NCBI RefSeq assembly: GCF_001194135.2
Contig: NC_068996.1
Span: forward strand, 36,624,146-36,674,550
Reading direction: 5' to 3'
From: Octopus bimaculoides
Lineage: Eukaryota
Length of the DNA: 50,405 nucleotides
Part shown: positions 21,512 to 36,126 of the stretch, piece after piece
Layout of the letters: every line of letters starts with the position of its first letter
How positions within the stretch are numbered: the stretch's first letter is position 1
The notes under the pieces: generated by a model
Told to the model about the DNA's origin: nothing
The model's database searches: none
What the model saw: the letters and a program-made list of their open reading frames with translations, nothing else
Position numbers and translations under genes: made by a program

Positions 21512-22828
21512 TAATATATTGCCATAAAAAGGTTAGGCATTATGTTTTATACAGAAGGAACAACATTGATTGATTCAACACCAGTAAATTTAAGTTATTT
21601 TATTTTGTCAACTCAAGCAGGATGAAAATTGAGTTGCAACATTAAAGAGATACAATTAGAAATGCCTATGTGGCTACCTCCACTGAAACAATATCAAAGT
21701 GGTATTATCACATTCATGTATTACATGATAAGTGACATATTCTGCAAAGTAGTCGCTGATTGTCTGCACTTCTGTTTCAGCTTTTGGCTGGAAACAGAGA
21801 ATCATGCTTTTTGAGGAAACGTATGACTATCACAACTTCTTGTTTTTCCCTCCCCTTTTCTTCTGTTATGAAGTTTGCATACTATAATCTAAGACAACAG
21901 TAATGTTACTACAAGTAATGACAATAACTGCTACAACTACTACTTCTGTTGTTTAATTAACTACCACAGTAACACCAAATGAATTCAGTGGTCATGTGGA
22001 CAAGGTGCTACCAGCTTCTTTGCAAGATTCTTGAGTTCAAGCCTAGTTTCTGTGGTGTTTTTTTTTTTTGTGGAGGGGGTTGTTTGTTTGTTGCTGTGTC
22101 ATGTCATAATCTGCAGTAATCACAGTAACAGAAAAGGATAAGACTAGAAACCACAAAAGGGAGAGTGAGAAAGATTCAGATGTAAGAATATAGGGATGGG
22201 GGTTCCTGTAGGCTTGAAGACTCACTTGGGAATAACACCTCCACAACTGCTACTATGGTGATTATAATAATCGGTTCTAATGTAGGGTACAAGCCCAACA
22301 ACTTGTAGTAGAGATGGGTTTACTCAATACCAGCAACCTCAGTACTTGACTGGTACTTTTTTTTTTTTTGAGCCCTGAGAGATGAAAGGTAAAGTTGTAC
22401 TCTGCAAGATTTGAACTCAGAACATAAACAGCTTGAAGAAATGTTGCAAAGCATTTTTCTTTTTCTGACTCTCAGATGATTCTGCCAATGCAACAATGAT
22501 AGAAAGAACTGATATAATGTAAGGAAAATTCAAAAACAAATTACAAAATAAGATGACGGTGGTGGGAGATTTATATGACAAATAATTAAATTTAGCTGAA
22601 GATTATTATTAAATTCAAACCACAATGATAAATATTAAATGCAGTATATGTGCATGCATTCATATCTGCGTGTGTGTGTATATATATATATACTATTTGC
22701 TTTTCCATGCTGGCATGGATTGGCCAGGTCTTCTGAAGCAGTGTTTTATGGCCAGATGTTCTTCCTGTTGCCAACACTTTTGGTCACCTCTTAAAAACAA
22801 GCAGGGTAAGACATTGTATACCTGAATG

Positions 22829-22884
<56 letters not shown>

Positions 22885-24960
22885 ACTAAACATACAATAC
22901 ATATGCTCTTTAATGGAATGGCATTTATTTTTAAAGCATACCTTTTTGAAAGAAAGAAAAGAAAAAATTAAATAGCTTAAATGGTAAATTATGCACACAA
23001 GCATATATATAGCAGTATTTTGTCTGCCATTACGTTCTGAGTTCAAATTCCACTGAGGTCGACTTTGCCTTTCATCCTTTCAGGGTCAATAAATTAAGTA
23101 CCAGTTACACACTGGGATCGATGTAATCAACTTAATCCCTTTGTTTGTCTCCTCCTTGTTCAGCCCCCTGTGGGTAATAAAGAAATATATATATACATAC
23201 ATAAGGATTTTGTTTAGGCATAGCAATACTGTTATGGAGTGTGGTGCTTACACACACATGATGGTTATGTGAATTGCTGATTTTTAAAAATTTATTTCTT
23301 GCAGTTAGTATGTGTTTTACATCACCATTGACTATAGTTGAAGGCCAACAAAATTTGACCTTTTGTCAGGCCTTCACATTAGGTGACTTTTGTATCATTT
23401 CGACATGTGCCTCAGCTGATCATTGATCATTCTGTCTTATCCTTTGCACCTTGCCTGCCTCCATCCCATACATACACATACTCCATTTGTCTAAGACATG
23501 TTTCATTTGCAGATTGGGATAAAAACTGCCTTAAGATGTCTAGTCATAGGAAAACTAATAGTTGAATACATTATATGCTTGTTAAAGAAGAAACAATTAT
23601 GTGTTTGTGTGTGTGTGTGTATATATAGATAGATAGATACTTCTAATATAAGGATAAAATTCTATTTAAAAATTTTATCAGTGGCCAGCATATGAAAAAT
23701 ACCTTTTAGGGGAAAATTAATAATATAAAAATTCTTTTGCCAATATGCTGAAAAATAGACACTAAACATAAAATATTTTCAAGATTGTATATATATAATT
23801 TATTCCATAACTATAAGTCCAAGAAACTTGAATTTCTTAATTCTTAGTATAATCTAGACATATTCCATTGGACAGCTCACCTCAATGTATATATTTATAT
23901 ATATATGATATGGTGCATATCTATAAAAATGTGCACAGGAACATATAGTTAAAGACACACATATGCAAAGTCATGAACACACATTCATACAAATATATAA
24001 ATGCATGCATGCACACACACACAAATGGTAGAATTATCAAACAGAAAAGCATTTATAGCAATGTGATGTCATACTTGTTCCTCATTAACTAATTTAATTA
24101 GGCTTCAAACACTATCCTTTTAGCGACATTCTTAAATTATTTACATTCTTTCATCTCTCCTTCGTTTTTCATTCAAAGAATTCATTTTATTTGAAAGTTC
24201 CGTTATGCCTCTGAATTTTACAAGCTTGTTACATAAGCATGCATACTCAAACTTAAACACAATCACACAAACAAAAATTCAATTACAATACTTATTAATT
24301 CATAATATTTTAATGTATGCATAAGACTCAGAATTAAGATTTGTTATAATCATTAAAAGAAATCTTATTTACACATTGCATTTACTATTTCCCAAAAGGA
24401 TATGATCATAGTACTTGATGACCATCCCTATTGATTGTGGCCTCATGATTATTAAGTAGCAATTATGTTGACCTTTTATACACACACACACACATGTGTA
24501 TGAATAGCTTTCTGTTTCTCTGAATAATTAAATTACATAATTATTTGATAGCATCATCAATTACCTATTATGATAATGATGATGATGATTTTTAAGACAA
24601 CAACTTATAGTGACGATTACTGTGATGATGGTGGTGGTGACAACAATGTTAAACAATTTCATTTTAAATTTTGCATTTTTTTTAATTATGTTTTATTTCA
24701 TTTTTTTTTTCTTTTCTGTCACTTGTATATCCTACTTAGCTATCATTACTGCTGTTCATTGTTTTTTTTTTGTAATTTTTTTGGGGGGTGGGTGTTGTTT
24801 GTTGTGTATTTTTTAATGCAAAAAATAGAAAATAGTCTAAAAATACAAAAAAAATTAACCCCTTCCCCTACTCCCTTCTCCGTCTCCCAGCTAAACTATG
24901 TGGATAATATTGATAAATTATTAAAAAGTAGTAGTAGTACTTATAATAATAAAAATAATC

Positions 24961-25173
24961 CTTTCTGCTAGAGGCACAAGGCCTGAAATTTTGGGGAATG
25001 AGGTAGTTGATTACATTAACCCAAGTACTTAATTGGTACTTATTTTATCGACACCATACAAAAGGATGAAAGCAAAGTCGACCCTGGCAGCATTTTAACT
25101 CAGAATGTAGCAACAGACAAAATACTGCTAAACACTTTGCCTGGCATGCTAACAATTCTGCCGGCTCATTACC
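24961..25173 (-). mobile_element. SINE family A
   Basis: Reverse complement of the family A sequence, abutting (AAT)n at 25177-25233. Confidence 0.8.
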
Positions 25174-25177
25174 CTAG

Positions 25178-25235
<58 letters not shown>

Positions 25236-26617
25236 TGGCTTCTAATTTAGGCACAAGGCCAACAATGCTTACAGGAGTTTAGTCAACACTTCATTGACCC
25301 TGCAGAGTTGACCTTTGGTATTTGAACTCTTAACATTCAGAGTTAGAATCCCACCAAGGTTGACATTTTCCTTTCATCTTTTCGGGGTCAATAAAATAAG
25401 CACTTGTTGAGCACTTTGATGGGATCAATGCAATCAGCTTCCCTGCTTCTCTAAAAAAAATTCCTGACCTTGTGCCAAAATTAAAAAGAACTATTTTTAT
25501 TATTGATTACAATAATAATAGTGAAACCAGTTTTAATTGCAATAATAATTTTGATGATTAGTTTTTCCAATCAGTGTCTGCTAATAGATATATTATCTAT
25601 TCTTCTTCTTCCTCCTCACATTCAACTCAACTAACACTCCACTCTCAATCCATTTTATTTTATCTTATCATCATCATCATCATAATATTTCTCTTTTACC
25701 TGTTTTTTAAAAAATTTTCTTTGTCAGTGACAGCATAATTCTTCAATTATTTGGTGCTGCTGTGGTTGTCTAAGTGTATGTGTGCATATACACACACATG
25801 CATATATTTATTTGTATGTATGTTTGCATGTGTTTATATNNNNNNNNNNNNNNNNNNNNNNNNNNNNNNNNNNNNNNNNNNNNNNNNNNNNNNNNNNNNN
25901 NNNNNNNNNNNNNNNNNNNNNNNNNNNNNNNNNNNNNNNNNNNNNNNNNNNNNNNNNNNNNNNNNNNNNNNNNNNNNNNNNNNNNNNNNNNNNNNNNNNN
26001 NNNNNNNNNNNNNNNTATATATATGTTTGTGTGTGTGTGTGTTTATATGCCATTTAGCCTGTTGCTCCACTCCTACAAGAATGTATGTATGTTTACCTTA
26101 TGTTGCTGCTCTATGCTAGCTTATATCACATTTATGTCATTCCCTACAGAGCCGACAATGGATGGCTGGCTGATGGCACCCGTCCCTTTAGTGAGGGAGC
26201 AAAGAAAATTCTCTGGCCACCCTCAAGACTGTCTTATTGCTTTCACAACATTACACTGCTATTGCCCAACACCATCCCATGCGTGCACACACATACACAA
26301 ATCTGTCTACTTGACATTATTAAGACAACCAGTTAATATTACGAGGGCGGTGGATTGACAGAATTGGTGATGCACTGGTCCCAGATACCTTTTTTCATTC
26401 TGAGATCAAATCCTATTGAGGTTTTTTTCATCTCTTTGTTTTTTTTTCTTTTTTTTTTTTTACATAGCCTTTCATCTTTTTAATGTTGATAAAATAAGAT
26501 ACCAGTTGACTACTGGTGTTATCGTAAATTATCTATTCCTTTTCCTCTTCCTCCTCAAAATTTCTGGCCTTGTGTATATGTAACAAATTATCATTATCAT
26601 CATTCTTATCATCATCA

Positions 26618-26648
<31 letters not shown>

Positions 26649-26828
26649 GTTTTAAATATTTATCTCAAAACAACCTTTTTTGTTTCTTTTTTTTTTTTTT
26701 ATTAAAATATAACCATGCTTTTCCACATACTTTACAGCAAATAATCTTTATTTCAGAAACTTTCTTATATATGTGTGGTGTGTGTATGTATATGTATGTA
26801 TACCGAAATATATATATATATAAGTATA

Positions 26829-26869
<41 letters not shown>

Positions 26870-26962
26870 ATGTATGTATGTATATATATGTATGTATGTA
26901 TATATATGTATGTATGTATATATATATATATATATATGTATGTATATATATATATATATATG

Positions 26963-27016
<54 letters not shown>

Positions 27017-27023
27017 TATACAT

Positions 27024-27062
<39 letters not shown>

Positions 27063-28762
27063 TATACATACACACACATATATATATATATATATATAGA
27101 TATATATACACACACACACTAACATGTATGTGTCTGTATATATATATATATATGTACGTACACACATCTATATACACGTACATATCTGAGTGCATGTTTA
27201 GACACACACTCAAATTTGTTCCCCCCCCCTCATTCTTACCCATCTCTAATCTTAATGACACCTATTTGCATATTTAACTATTTATTCACATATGTATTTA
27301 TTTATTTATTTATTTAATTTATTCATCAACATATTTATTTCATTTTTTTTTTTTTTTTTTTTTTTTCTGAATCCACCAAATTTTATTGTTAATCCTTAAT
27401 TCATTTCTTTACTCAATCCTTTTACCACCACCACGACCATCACCAACCCTGCCCTGTTTTCTATTTATGCCCATGCCAACCTGATCCGCAAACCAATCTT
27501 ATACACTTCACAGCCAATTCAGTTTCCATCATCAATCATCAATCATCATCATCATCATCATCTGGATCATCGACATCATCAGCTTCATCATCATCATCCT
27601 TTCTTCTTATTATTTTTCAAAAACCCACTTAAAAAGAACAAAAAAACTTCAAAAAATGAAAAAATAAAAAAAAAATAAAGAAGAAAAAACACTTTTTTTT
27701 ACCTTTTTTATTTTTCATATTTCTTGTTTTATTCCTTCTTTCTTTCTTTATCTTTTATTTATTTTTCTTTTAGTAATTTTAGCACAAGACTAATCTTTTT
27801 ATTTTATTTTTTGCAACCCTAATGTAGGGGCTTTTATTTCTTCAGAATTTTATAAACTATAACATATCTGAGGGGTATTATTTTGATTTTTATTATTATT
27901 ATTACTATTATATAATTTTCTTCCTCTTCTTTATTAAGTTAGGTTTCTGCAATAAGGACAGAATTGAAAAAAGAAAAAAAACCATCTCCTTTCTTAAAAT
28001 TTTTTTTTTTTTTTTTTTAAACAATTCCTTTTTCATTATTCTTATTTATCTTCCTCTCAATCTGCTTAATTTTTATGATTATTAGTTATAGGCACAAGCT
28101 AGAAGATTCATTAAAAGTGGGTGCCAGAAAGGAAAAAATAATGGCTTGTTACATTTGTTCTGGCACTTCATACTCTGAGTTCAAATGTTCAAAGTAACCA
28201 ACTGACTCCTCCCTACAAATTTCAGGACTTGTGCCTATGTTTGAAAGGATTATTGTTATTATTTTGTACTTAAAGCAAATGACTCTTGTAATATTTCAGT
28301 ATTCAGTCTCATCCATGGCAATTTNNNNNNNNNNNNNNNNNNNNNNNNNNNNNNNNNNNNNNNNNNNNNNNNNNNNNNNNNNNNNNNNNNNNNNNNNNNN
28401 NNNNNNNNNNNNNNNNNNNNNNNNNNNNNNNNNNNNNNNNNNNNNNNNNNNNNNNNNNNNNNNNNNNNNNNNNNNNNNNNNNNNNNNNNNNNNNNNNNNN
28501 NNNNNNNNNNNNNNTATATATATATATATATATATATATGCAAATATATATACATATATATATGCAGTCATCCGTCCATCGGATCCGTCCGTTTTAAGCC
28601 TATCCATTTCCATTAGCTGTTAAGTTGGTTCAGACTACTGTTGGCCATGCTGGAGCACTGCCACAACAAATAAGTTCAGTCTAGACAGAAATAAAATATT
28701 TTTTCTTAAATTTGCATTTTTAGGTAATCTGTGCCTGTCTGTTAATATTTAGGCCTGGGAAT

Positions 28763-28874
28763 GGTTAATGGTGAGGTTGACTAACACTGGAAGTGGTAAA
28801 CACTGGGATTGGTCAACACTGTGATTAGTTGATACAGGGACTAGTTAACAATGAAATTGGCTAGCACGGTAATC
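28763..28874. repeat. Degenerate 16-bp minisatellite, about 7 units
   Basis: ggttaatggtgaggtt / gactaacactggaagt / ggtaaacactgggatt / ggtcaacactgtgatt / agttgatacagggact / agttaacaatgaaatt / ggctagcacggtaatc. Confidence 0.7.
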
Positions 28875-29827
28875 AACAGAGATTAATTAACTAGTATGTT
28901 AAATAATTGTCTTATGTTGAATCTTGTCACAACCTTCAAAAACATTTAATTTAGATGAATATATACCCTTGTTAGGATTTCACCTGATACTGTTCTAGAC
29001 CACAAACTCATTGCTTCTAATGCTACATTTTTAATAATTTAAGGAAACACTTCAAATAAAAACGAAATTTTAATTTTTTTGGGGGGGAATAGAAATTTTC
29101 ACATTGGCTTCAGTTCTTGCAGTAGTTATGCTTATTCTTTTGTCGTTGCCATAAACCATTTTTTAAAAAGCATTGCAAAATCTAAACCATTATGTTACAT
29201 GACCGAATCAGTGCACTATAAACAATTAGTGTTATACAAATCCAAGATGATGTTGTCTCCCAATCCAAACAAGAGAACTGAATAGAGAAAAAAAAAAAAA
29301 CATCCCACCCCATCCCGTGTTTCAATCCCCCCATCTTGTTCTCAGAAATCTTAATTTCATATTTAATTACTCCAGTACATTTTCTTATTTATTATATCTA
29401 TTTTTATTAAAAAATTTTCTTATAATTCCTTATTTTCACTTCAAGGTTTTGTTTTTGTTTTCATTAACTTGACTTTTTTTCTTCTTCTTCTTTCCTTACA
29501 ACTAATCTGACCTCAGTCTTACGTTCACACTTCTCCATTTCTTCAATCTCGAAACCTTTGCTCTGCCCCTTACCACACTTAAATTCTTCCTTTTTTTTAT
29601 TCCCCCTATTCAGTTTTCTGAATTTCAAACTAAAAATATTGTGGTGTATACAAACATTATATATATGTGTGTGTGTGTGTATGTACATTTTATTATTTTT
29701 AATTACAAGAAAGCTACAAAAGTGTCTGAAGGGCCAAGAGTTTGTCAGAATGATATTTTGATAAGTGCCATATATGAAACTCTAAGCCCTTGAGTCACCA
29801 TTTTAATTTTCTTTCAATTAAAAAAAG

Positions 29828-29873
<46 letters not shown>

Positions 29874-30232
29874 TCTTGTAATAAGGTCTATTACTATTGT
29901 TTGTTCTACCAAACCTTTATACATATGTATGTGTGTGTGTGCTCATATATGCATGCATAAGTATGTTTATGCATTTATATGTACATATATGTGTGTGTAC
30001 ACAAATGCACATGAATGTACATTCATACCAGAATTTGTTCAAAGCTAATGACTCATTTTGGCGTTACTCAGAGTTTATTTATTCTTCTTTCTTTTGAATT
30101 TGTTCAGTCTTATACAAAATCCTTGTATATCCAAAAGTTATGTGTGTGTGTGCATATATACATATATATATATATGTATGTAAGTGTATATATTTGTGTG
30201 TGTGTGTGAATGTATATGTATGTATGCATGAT

Positions 30233-30268
<36 letters not shown>

Positions 30269-30344
30269 GGATAGTGGTACAACAATGCACCAGTATTTAC
30301 TGGAAATAGCAGATGATAATATACAATGCTATAGTAAAGCTTCA

Positions 30345-30384
<40 letters not shown>

Positions 30385-30452
30385 GCATATATATATAAGG
30401 TGGCTTATTCGCAATTTACTACTAAAAGGCATAACTATGGGTGTCACTAAAG

Positions 30453-30489
<37 letters not shown>

Positions 30490-32962
30490 TAACTATACAT
30501 GTATATATATGTGTGTGTGCGTACACGTATATGTATATGTGCGTATATAGATATGTATATGTATATATATATATATTTGCATACACATGTGTGAATGAAT
30601 AAAACAATGATTAAAAATTGTTTTGCAGCAAATATGCTCAAACTCACTGCGCTTGGATGCAAAAAGAGTGCACATGCTCAGGACTGGTGCATAAATAACA
30701 CTGAATCTTCTTTTTCTTTAAATAGTCTGGTATTTTCCAGCTTTTCAGCATATCTGCAGACCATCCGTGGCACACAATTGTATCACACTATGCTAATTGA
30801 AAATACCTGGTGTGTGTATCTATGTGAGTGTGTGTCAGTCTGTGTCAATGTTTATCATTGTTGCTTACATTTTTTTTGTTTCTGCATCTGTATGAAATTT
30901 TAAACATGAACCTGTGTGTGTGTGCATGTGTACATGAATGGGTGTGTGTTTGCTTATGTATGTATGGATGTATGTATAAATATGCTTTTGCATTATCTAA
31001 CTACCTCATTATCAGTGTTTTAGTTCTCATTGGGTTTTTTTTTTTTTTATCTATCCGTCCGTCTCTTTCTCACGCATTCAATTAATTATTCTTTCATTAC
31101 ACACACACACACACATTTACAAATGTGTGTGTGTGTAGTAAGTATGCACACACACACATACACACACTCAGAGGCATTTCACAGAAACGTAGATTATTAG
31201 AAAATAGTACGTATGTAAGTGCTTGTATGTGTGCATGTGTCTATGTATATAAGTATGTGTTTATATATGTGCACGTTCGTATGTATTTGCATGTGTATAT
31301 ATATACATGTGTGTACATATATACACATGTTAATGCCAAATCAAACTGTTTTAAATAGAGTTAATATATATATATATATATACACACATACATATATATA
31401 TGTATGTATATATATATATATACATACATACATGTATATATATACACACATATATACATATATGTGTAAGTGTGTGTTCTAATTAGTATTTTAATCAGGT
31501 TGTGGAAATGAATCTCCAAAAATTAGGGTTTCCTTTTTTTTTTTTTTTTAATAAATTCTTTAATGTTACCGTTTAGATTTAAGGAATCAAAGCCACCATG
31601 TTTCGGCATCCTGATGTCCATTCATGACTCAATTAGATTAACCACAGCAGCAGCAGCAGCAGTATTATTATTATTATTATTATCATCATCATCATCAATG
31701 CCATTCTTGAGACATGTTTTAGAATATGTCTGGATAATCTTGGTTTAACAGGATTATGTATCCAGACAATCATGTTTTCATGGATTTTTTTTTTATATTT
31801 ATCTTTCATTTTCTATTTTATTTTACTTTTTTACCCCCATTTCATAACAATTTTGTCCTTTAAGCAGATATAACTTGATTTTCTCTTTCTTTTTTTTTTT
31901 TGTTCATTCTTTACATTTTTATCTATTTTTTTCCTTAGATTTCTCTATTTTTTACTTGAAAGCCTATTACACACCATACTTTCATCTTGTCTAAAAAAAC
32001 CTCACATCTGTACAGTAACTATGCCTATGACCCTTAACGATGTGTAAGCTATTAAATAAATTAAGTTAAGGGTCCTAGTCGTTTCAAGTGTGACTGATCA
32101 AATATTATTTTAAAAATATCCATTGCAGAAAAAAAAATAAAATAAAATAAAAAATATTATTTTTGGTATTTACTAACATGTAGGTACCGAACATCTTATT
32201 ACATACAAAATGTCTTGTGAATGTTGCATAATTTAAAAAACAACTGTATTAAGGTATTTCTATGTGGACTTTGACAGTAGTGATAATAAAAATACATATT
32301 CACAGATTTTGCTACTTTTTTTTACTTTTCACAAATTTTCAATTTCTTTGCTTTTGCTCTATTTTTCTACTTTTTTCTTTTTTTTTGTTAGTATTTATGA
32401 TCATCATTATCATCAAACTCTTCATCATTGCTATCTTATAATAATAATCTTATAAAAGAAAGAAATGCAGTATTCTTTTGTGTATGAACAGCGGCTTTTC
32501 TTGTGGTGTAGGAAATGTATGAAAACCATTTTGTCATCTTTTAGTAAAGCTAATTAAGGCACAAAGCCAGTAATTTTCAGGAGACTAGGTTGGCTGGTAC
32601 CGTCCACTATTCCGTGCTTGCATTGGTTGGATGGAATGATGGAATTTGCTGAGACTGATTTTTCTACATCAGGATGCCCTTCCTGTTGCCAATCTTCACT
32701 TGTCCATGACCAGACATGTTTTCGTGGAAGATTGAAGATAAGCAATACTGCTTGTCTGAGTGTAATGCTCAATATGAAGACATGACAAGGAGACTCATGC
32801 ACACATACACATATATATCATTGAGTCAACCAGACTATTGGATGTTGTTATACACCACTGATCACAAGGCACTTCCTTGCATTGTTGTTGTTGAATGATG
32901 CCACCCTGCTGGCTAGGTGGATGGCCCTACTTCACCCACTGAACATGATGCCAATCTGTCCC

Positions 32963-33806
32963 AGACTGATGAAAGAGGAAAGATAGAAGGGAGGAATTTG
33001 TCCTCAAACTGGAGAGCTGGCACCAATTCTTGCAACATTTAGTGCTGAAAGGACTGGAACAATGTGAAATAAAGTGTTTTATTGAAGAATACAATACAGA
33101 ACCTAGTCTGAGAATCGAAACCACAATCTTGTGATCTTGATTGCAATACCCTAACCACTAAGCCACATACATTCACATACATACATATACAATGAGCTGC
33201 CATTTGCTTTCTGTCTACCAAATCTATTCAAGGTTTTGGTACCATCGGCATGATTTGTACATCAATATTAATCAAAAAGATCCAGATTATTATACTGCAA
33301 TGCTCTGCAACCAGTATGCCGTGGAACACTGGTGTGCTATGAGACGATGCTAGGTGTGCCACAGTGTAACTTGAATATAATTTTTTTCCCTATACTTTTA
33401 GTTATATTTTTAGTTCAGGTGTACTGTCGAAAATTGAATGGAATATAAGTGTACCAAGGTTGCGGAGCACTGTTACATTACCAATAAAAGGCAGTACAAC
33501 AGCAGAATCATTAGCAGCTTCAGACCAAACACTTTGTGATATTTGTTCTGACTCTTTATGACAACAGGGTCAGCTTTACCTTTCATTGTTTTGAGGTCAA
33601 TAAATAAATTATCAGTGAATTACTGGGTTTGATTTGATTGGCTAATCCCCTTGGCTCTATTTTTCACTTTTGCTTGTTTGTTTTTGTTCTGTTAGGGGAT
33701 GGCAGTGCCTATGACCATTTCCAGGGTTTCCAAGACTGATGAAAGAGGAAAGACAGAAGGAGGAATTTGTCCTCAAACTGGAGAGCTGGCACCAATTTTT
33801 GCAACA
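32963..33806 (+). repeat. Direct repeat pair of about 75 bp (32963-33037 and 33733-33806)
   Basis: agactgatgaaagaggaaag...ggagagctggcaccaatt(c/t)ttgcaaca with three differences. Probably fragments of a dispersed repeat. Confidence 0.8.
33298..33472. mobile_element. hAT-like MITE
   Basis: TIR-like ends caatgctctgcaacc / ggttgcggagcactg (13/15). No clear TSD. Confidence 0.5.
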
Positions 33807-34255
33807 GAGCGGACTTCCCTAAAGGCACCCAAAGATTCCAGATGGTGGTATTAAACTGGTTAACAGACAAAGTCTATCACTCAAATAGGTCATGATGGGA
33901 TTTGAACATAGAGCCCTGACCAACTACCACAAAGCATCTGATCTGACATTCTTATGGTCATGCAAATCTACTGAAAGTATTAAATATAAGAATATGATTC
34001 CAGTCATGCAACATTTTAGAATTATTTTCTCTTACGTTGAAGACACTTGCCCAAGGTGCCACATAGTGAGACTGAACCCAAGACTACATGTTTCACAAGC
34101 AAGCTTCTTAACCACATGGCCATGCCTGAAAATTATATAAAAAACAATTTTCATAGTAATTAGTCTTCTCCATGGGAAGACAAATTATGTATTTGACAGG
34201 AAAGCTAATTAGTAATATAAAAAGAAAATGGACTAAAATGGAGAGTTGCTGAGAC

Positions 34256-34499
34256 CCCTTTCGGTCATGAATGACTATGGGATTGCACCTAGAAAGTTAG
34301 CCTCCAAGGCACAAGTCCGGGTAAGGTTCTTTATGGAAGACCAGCAGTCACACATGCATACCGGCTTCCCCTCTCCACACTACCAGTGTTATCCAAGGTA
34401 AAGGCAAAGGGGCCGATACAGTTTGGCACCTCGAGATTCAAACTTACAATCTCATGATCATAAGCTTGACGCTCTAACCACTGAGCCATGCGCCTTCAC
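34256..34499 (-). mobile_element. SINE family D with internal deletion
   Basis: Minus-strand head gtgaaggcgcatggctcagtggttagagcgtc (A-box-like). Collinear with 36653-36960. Confidence 0.75.
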
Positions 34500-35764
34500 A
34501 AAATGGAAAGTAGAAGTCTACAAAATGCTAATTCATTGCAGGGTTAAAATTACATCTACACTGGGAAGTGCTTTGCTAAAGCAGACAACAAACTGCCCAC
34601 TTCAGGAATTGAACCCACAACCTACCTGAGAGCTTGATACCTTAACCACAAGACACTTATCTTCATTAATTACTAATATTATGTACAAAATTAACATTAA
34701 CTTATTATTGGAGGGAATTTATTCTAAGTTATGTATGTTATTTCTTCCAAAAGTGAAGATCACCACTAAATAGACAATCCAAATAATTTATGCACACAAA
34801 GGATTTATTTGATGCATGAGATGAATTGTTGAAGGAGGTTGAAAGTTACAAGAATATTCTCCACACAAATGGAAGGGTGATTATACTGCTATCCACATCT
34901 GAAAGATCCTGGTAACTCTGGCACCACATCAAATTTTGGTAGTGAAACATTCAAATCCCTAAATTAGGCATCACTGTTTGAAGATTGCTACTCTGCCCCT
35001 AAAATAAAATAAATCCCTTGAGTTCCATCTGATCTTAGCTCTTCAATGTTCTCCCTCTCTCTCAGAATGCAATGGCTACGTATAACAAGAATAAGGATTC
35101 AAAGAACCAAATAGAGCTCAGAATAAATTCCCCAACCAGTGCTTGGCTATGGTCGAGAATGACTGTGGTCGAGTCTAAGATATAAACTTCACATCATTCT
35201 AAAAATCCAGAAATTGCAATGGTGACCAGATGAGAGAAATGAACATCTGCTCTCTCACCTCAATTCCCTTAACAGCTTTTATTTTCATATGTACCTGTAG
35301 ATCAGTAATCAAAAAAGGAGGTTAATTAATTCCTGAAAAAGAAAGACTAATAGTTTTTGATTTGGAACTCAAGAAACTTATCTATAAAAGGCAGATTTTC
35401 TCTGTGTGTGTATGTTTGAAATTCATACATTTACACAATTCCAAATTTCTTGGATTAAAGAATCGCAATTAATATTCTAAATACAATTTGTTAGGTCACT
35501 GCATCATTTTTTCACTCAAAGAAATTCCTAATAACGAATAAAATCTATAAAACTACACAAGCCAATTTGCTAGAAGTAGATGTCGAATGTCTACAAACCA
35601 CTCTAAATTTGTTCTCCTTTTAGCACAAGGCTGAATGCAGGGAAAATGGACAAGAAGATTTATAAAATTTTGAAAAACTCTATATCTTAAGATTTCGTAA
35701 TAAAAATTGATTTATATTCATCAGTAGAATATACCAACCATATATAAGTAAAACATATATATAC

Positions 35765-35931
35765 ATACAATTAAACCTTGGGAAAGGCATTATGCCGGTA
35801 ATAAACACACGCACTGGTTCAGTCCTTTATTAATTTATATAGTTTTTTGTTATTTGTTAAATTATTTCATTGCACTCTTGCAATCTCTTCAGTAACTTGT
35901 CTCTCCACTTCCATTTATTTTGAAAATAAAA

Positions 35932-35970
<39 letters not shown>

Positions 35971-36126
35971 AATAAATAAATAAATGGAAGTGGAGAGACA
36001 AGTTACTGAAGAGATTGCAAGAGTGCAATGAAATAATTTAACAAAAAACTATATAAATTAATAAAGGACTGAACCAGTGCGTGTGTTTATTACCGGCATA
36101 ATGCCTCTCCCAAGGTTTAATTGTAT
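35765..36126. mobile_element. Inverted pair of the ~150-bp hammerhead-bearing repeat around a poly(A) spacer
   Basis: Arms 35765-35920 and 35978-36126 differ by one substitution and a 7-bp insertion. Hammerhead-like motifs at 35856-35896 (-) and 36002-36042 (+). Confidence 0.8.

Noticed and set aside
31588-31627. Perfect Kozak gccaccATG
   Set aside because: The ORF is only MFRHPDVHS*, with no splice donor or promoter context.
32966-33012. CUGAUGA plus GAGGA/UCCUC hairpin in the 75-bp direct repeat (also 33736; similar at 45047)
   Set aside because: The spacer between core and stem is too long, GAAA is missing after the stem, and there is no stem I.
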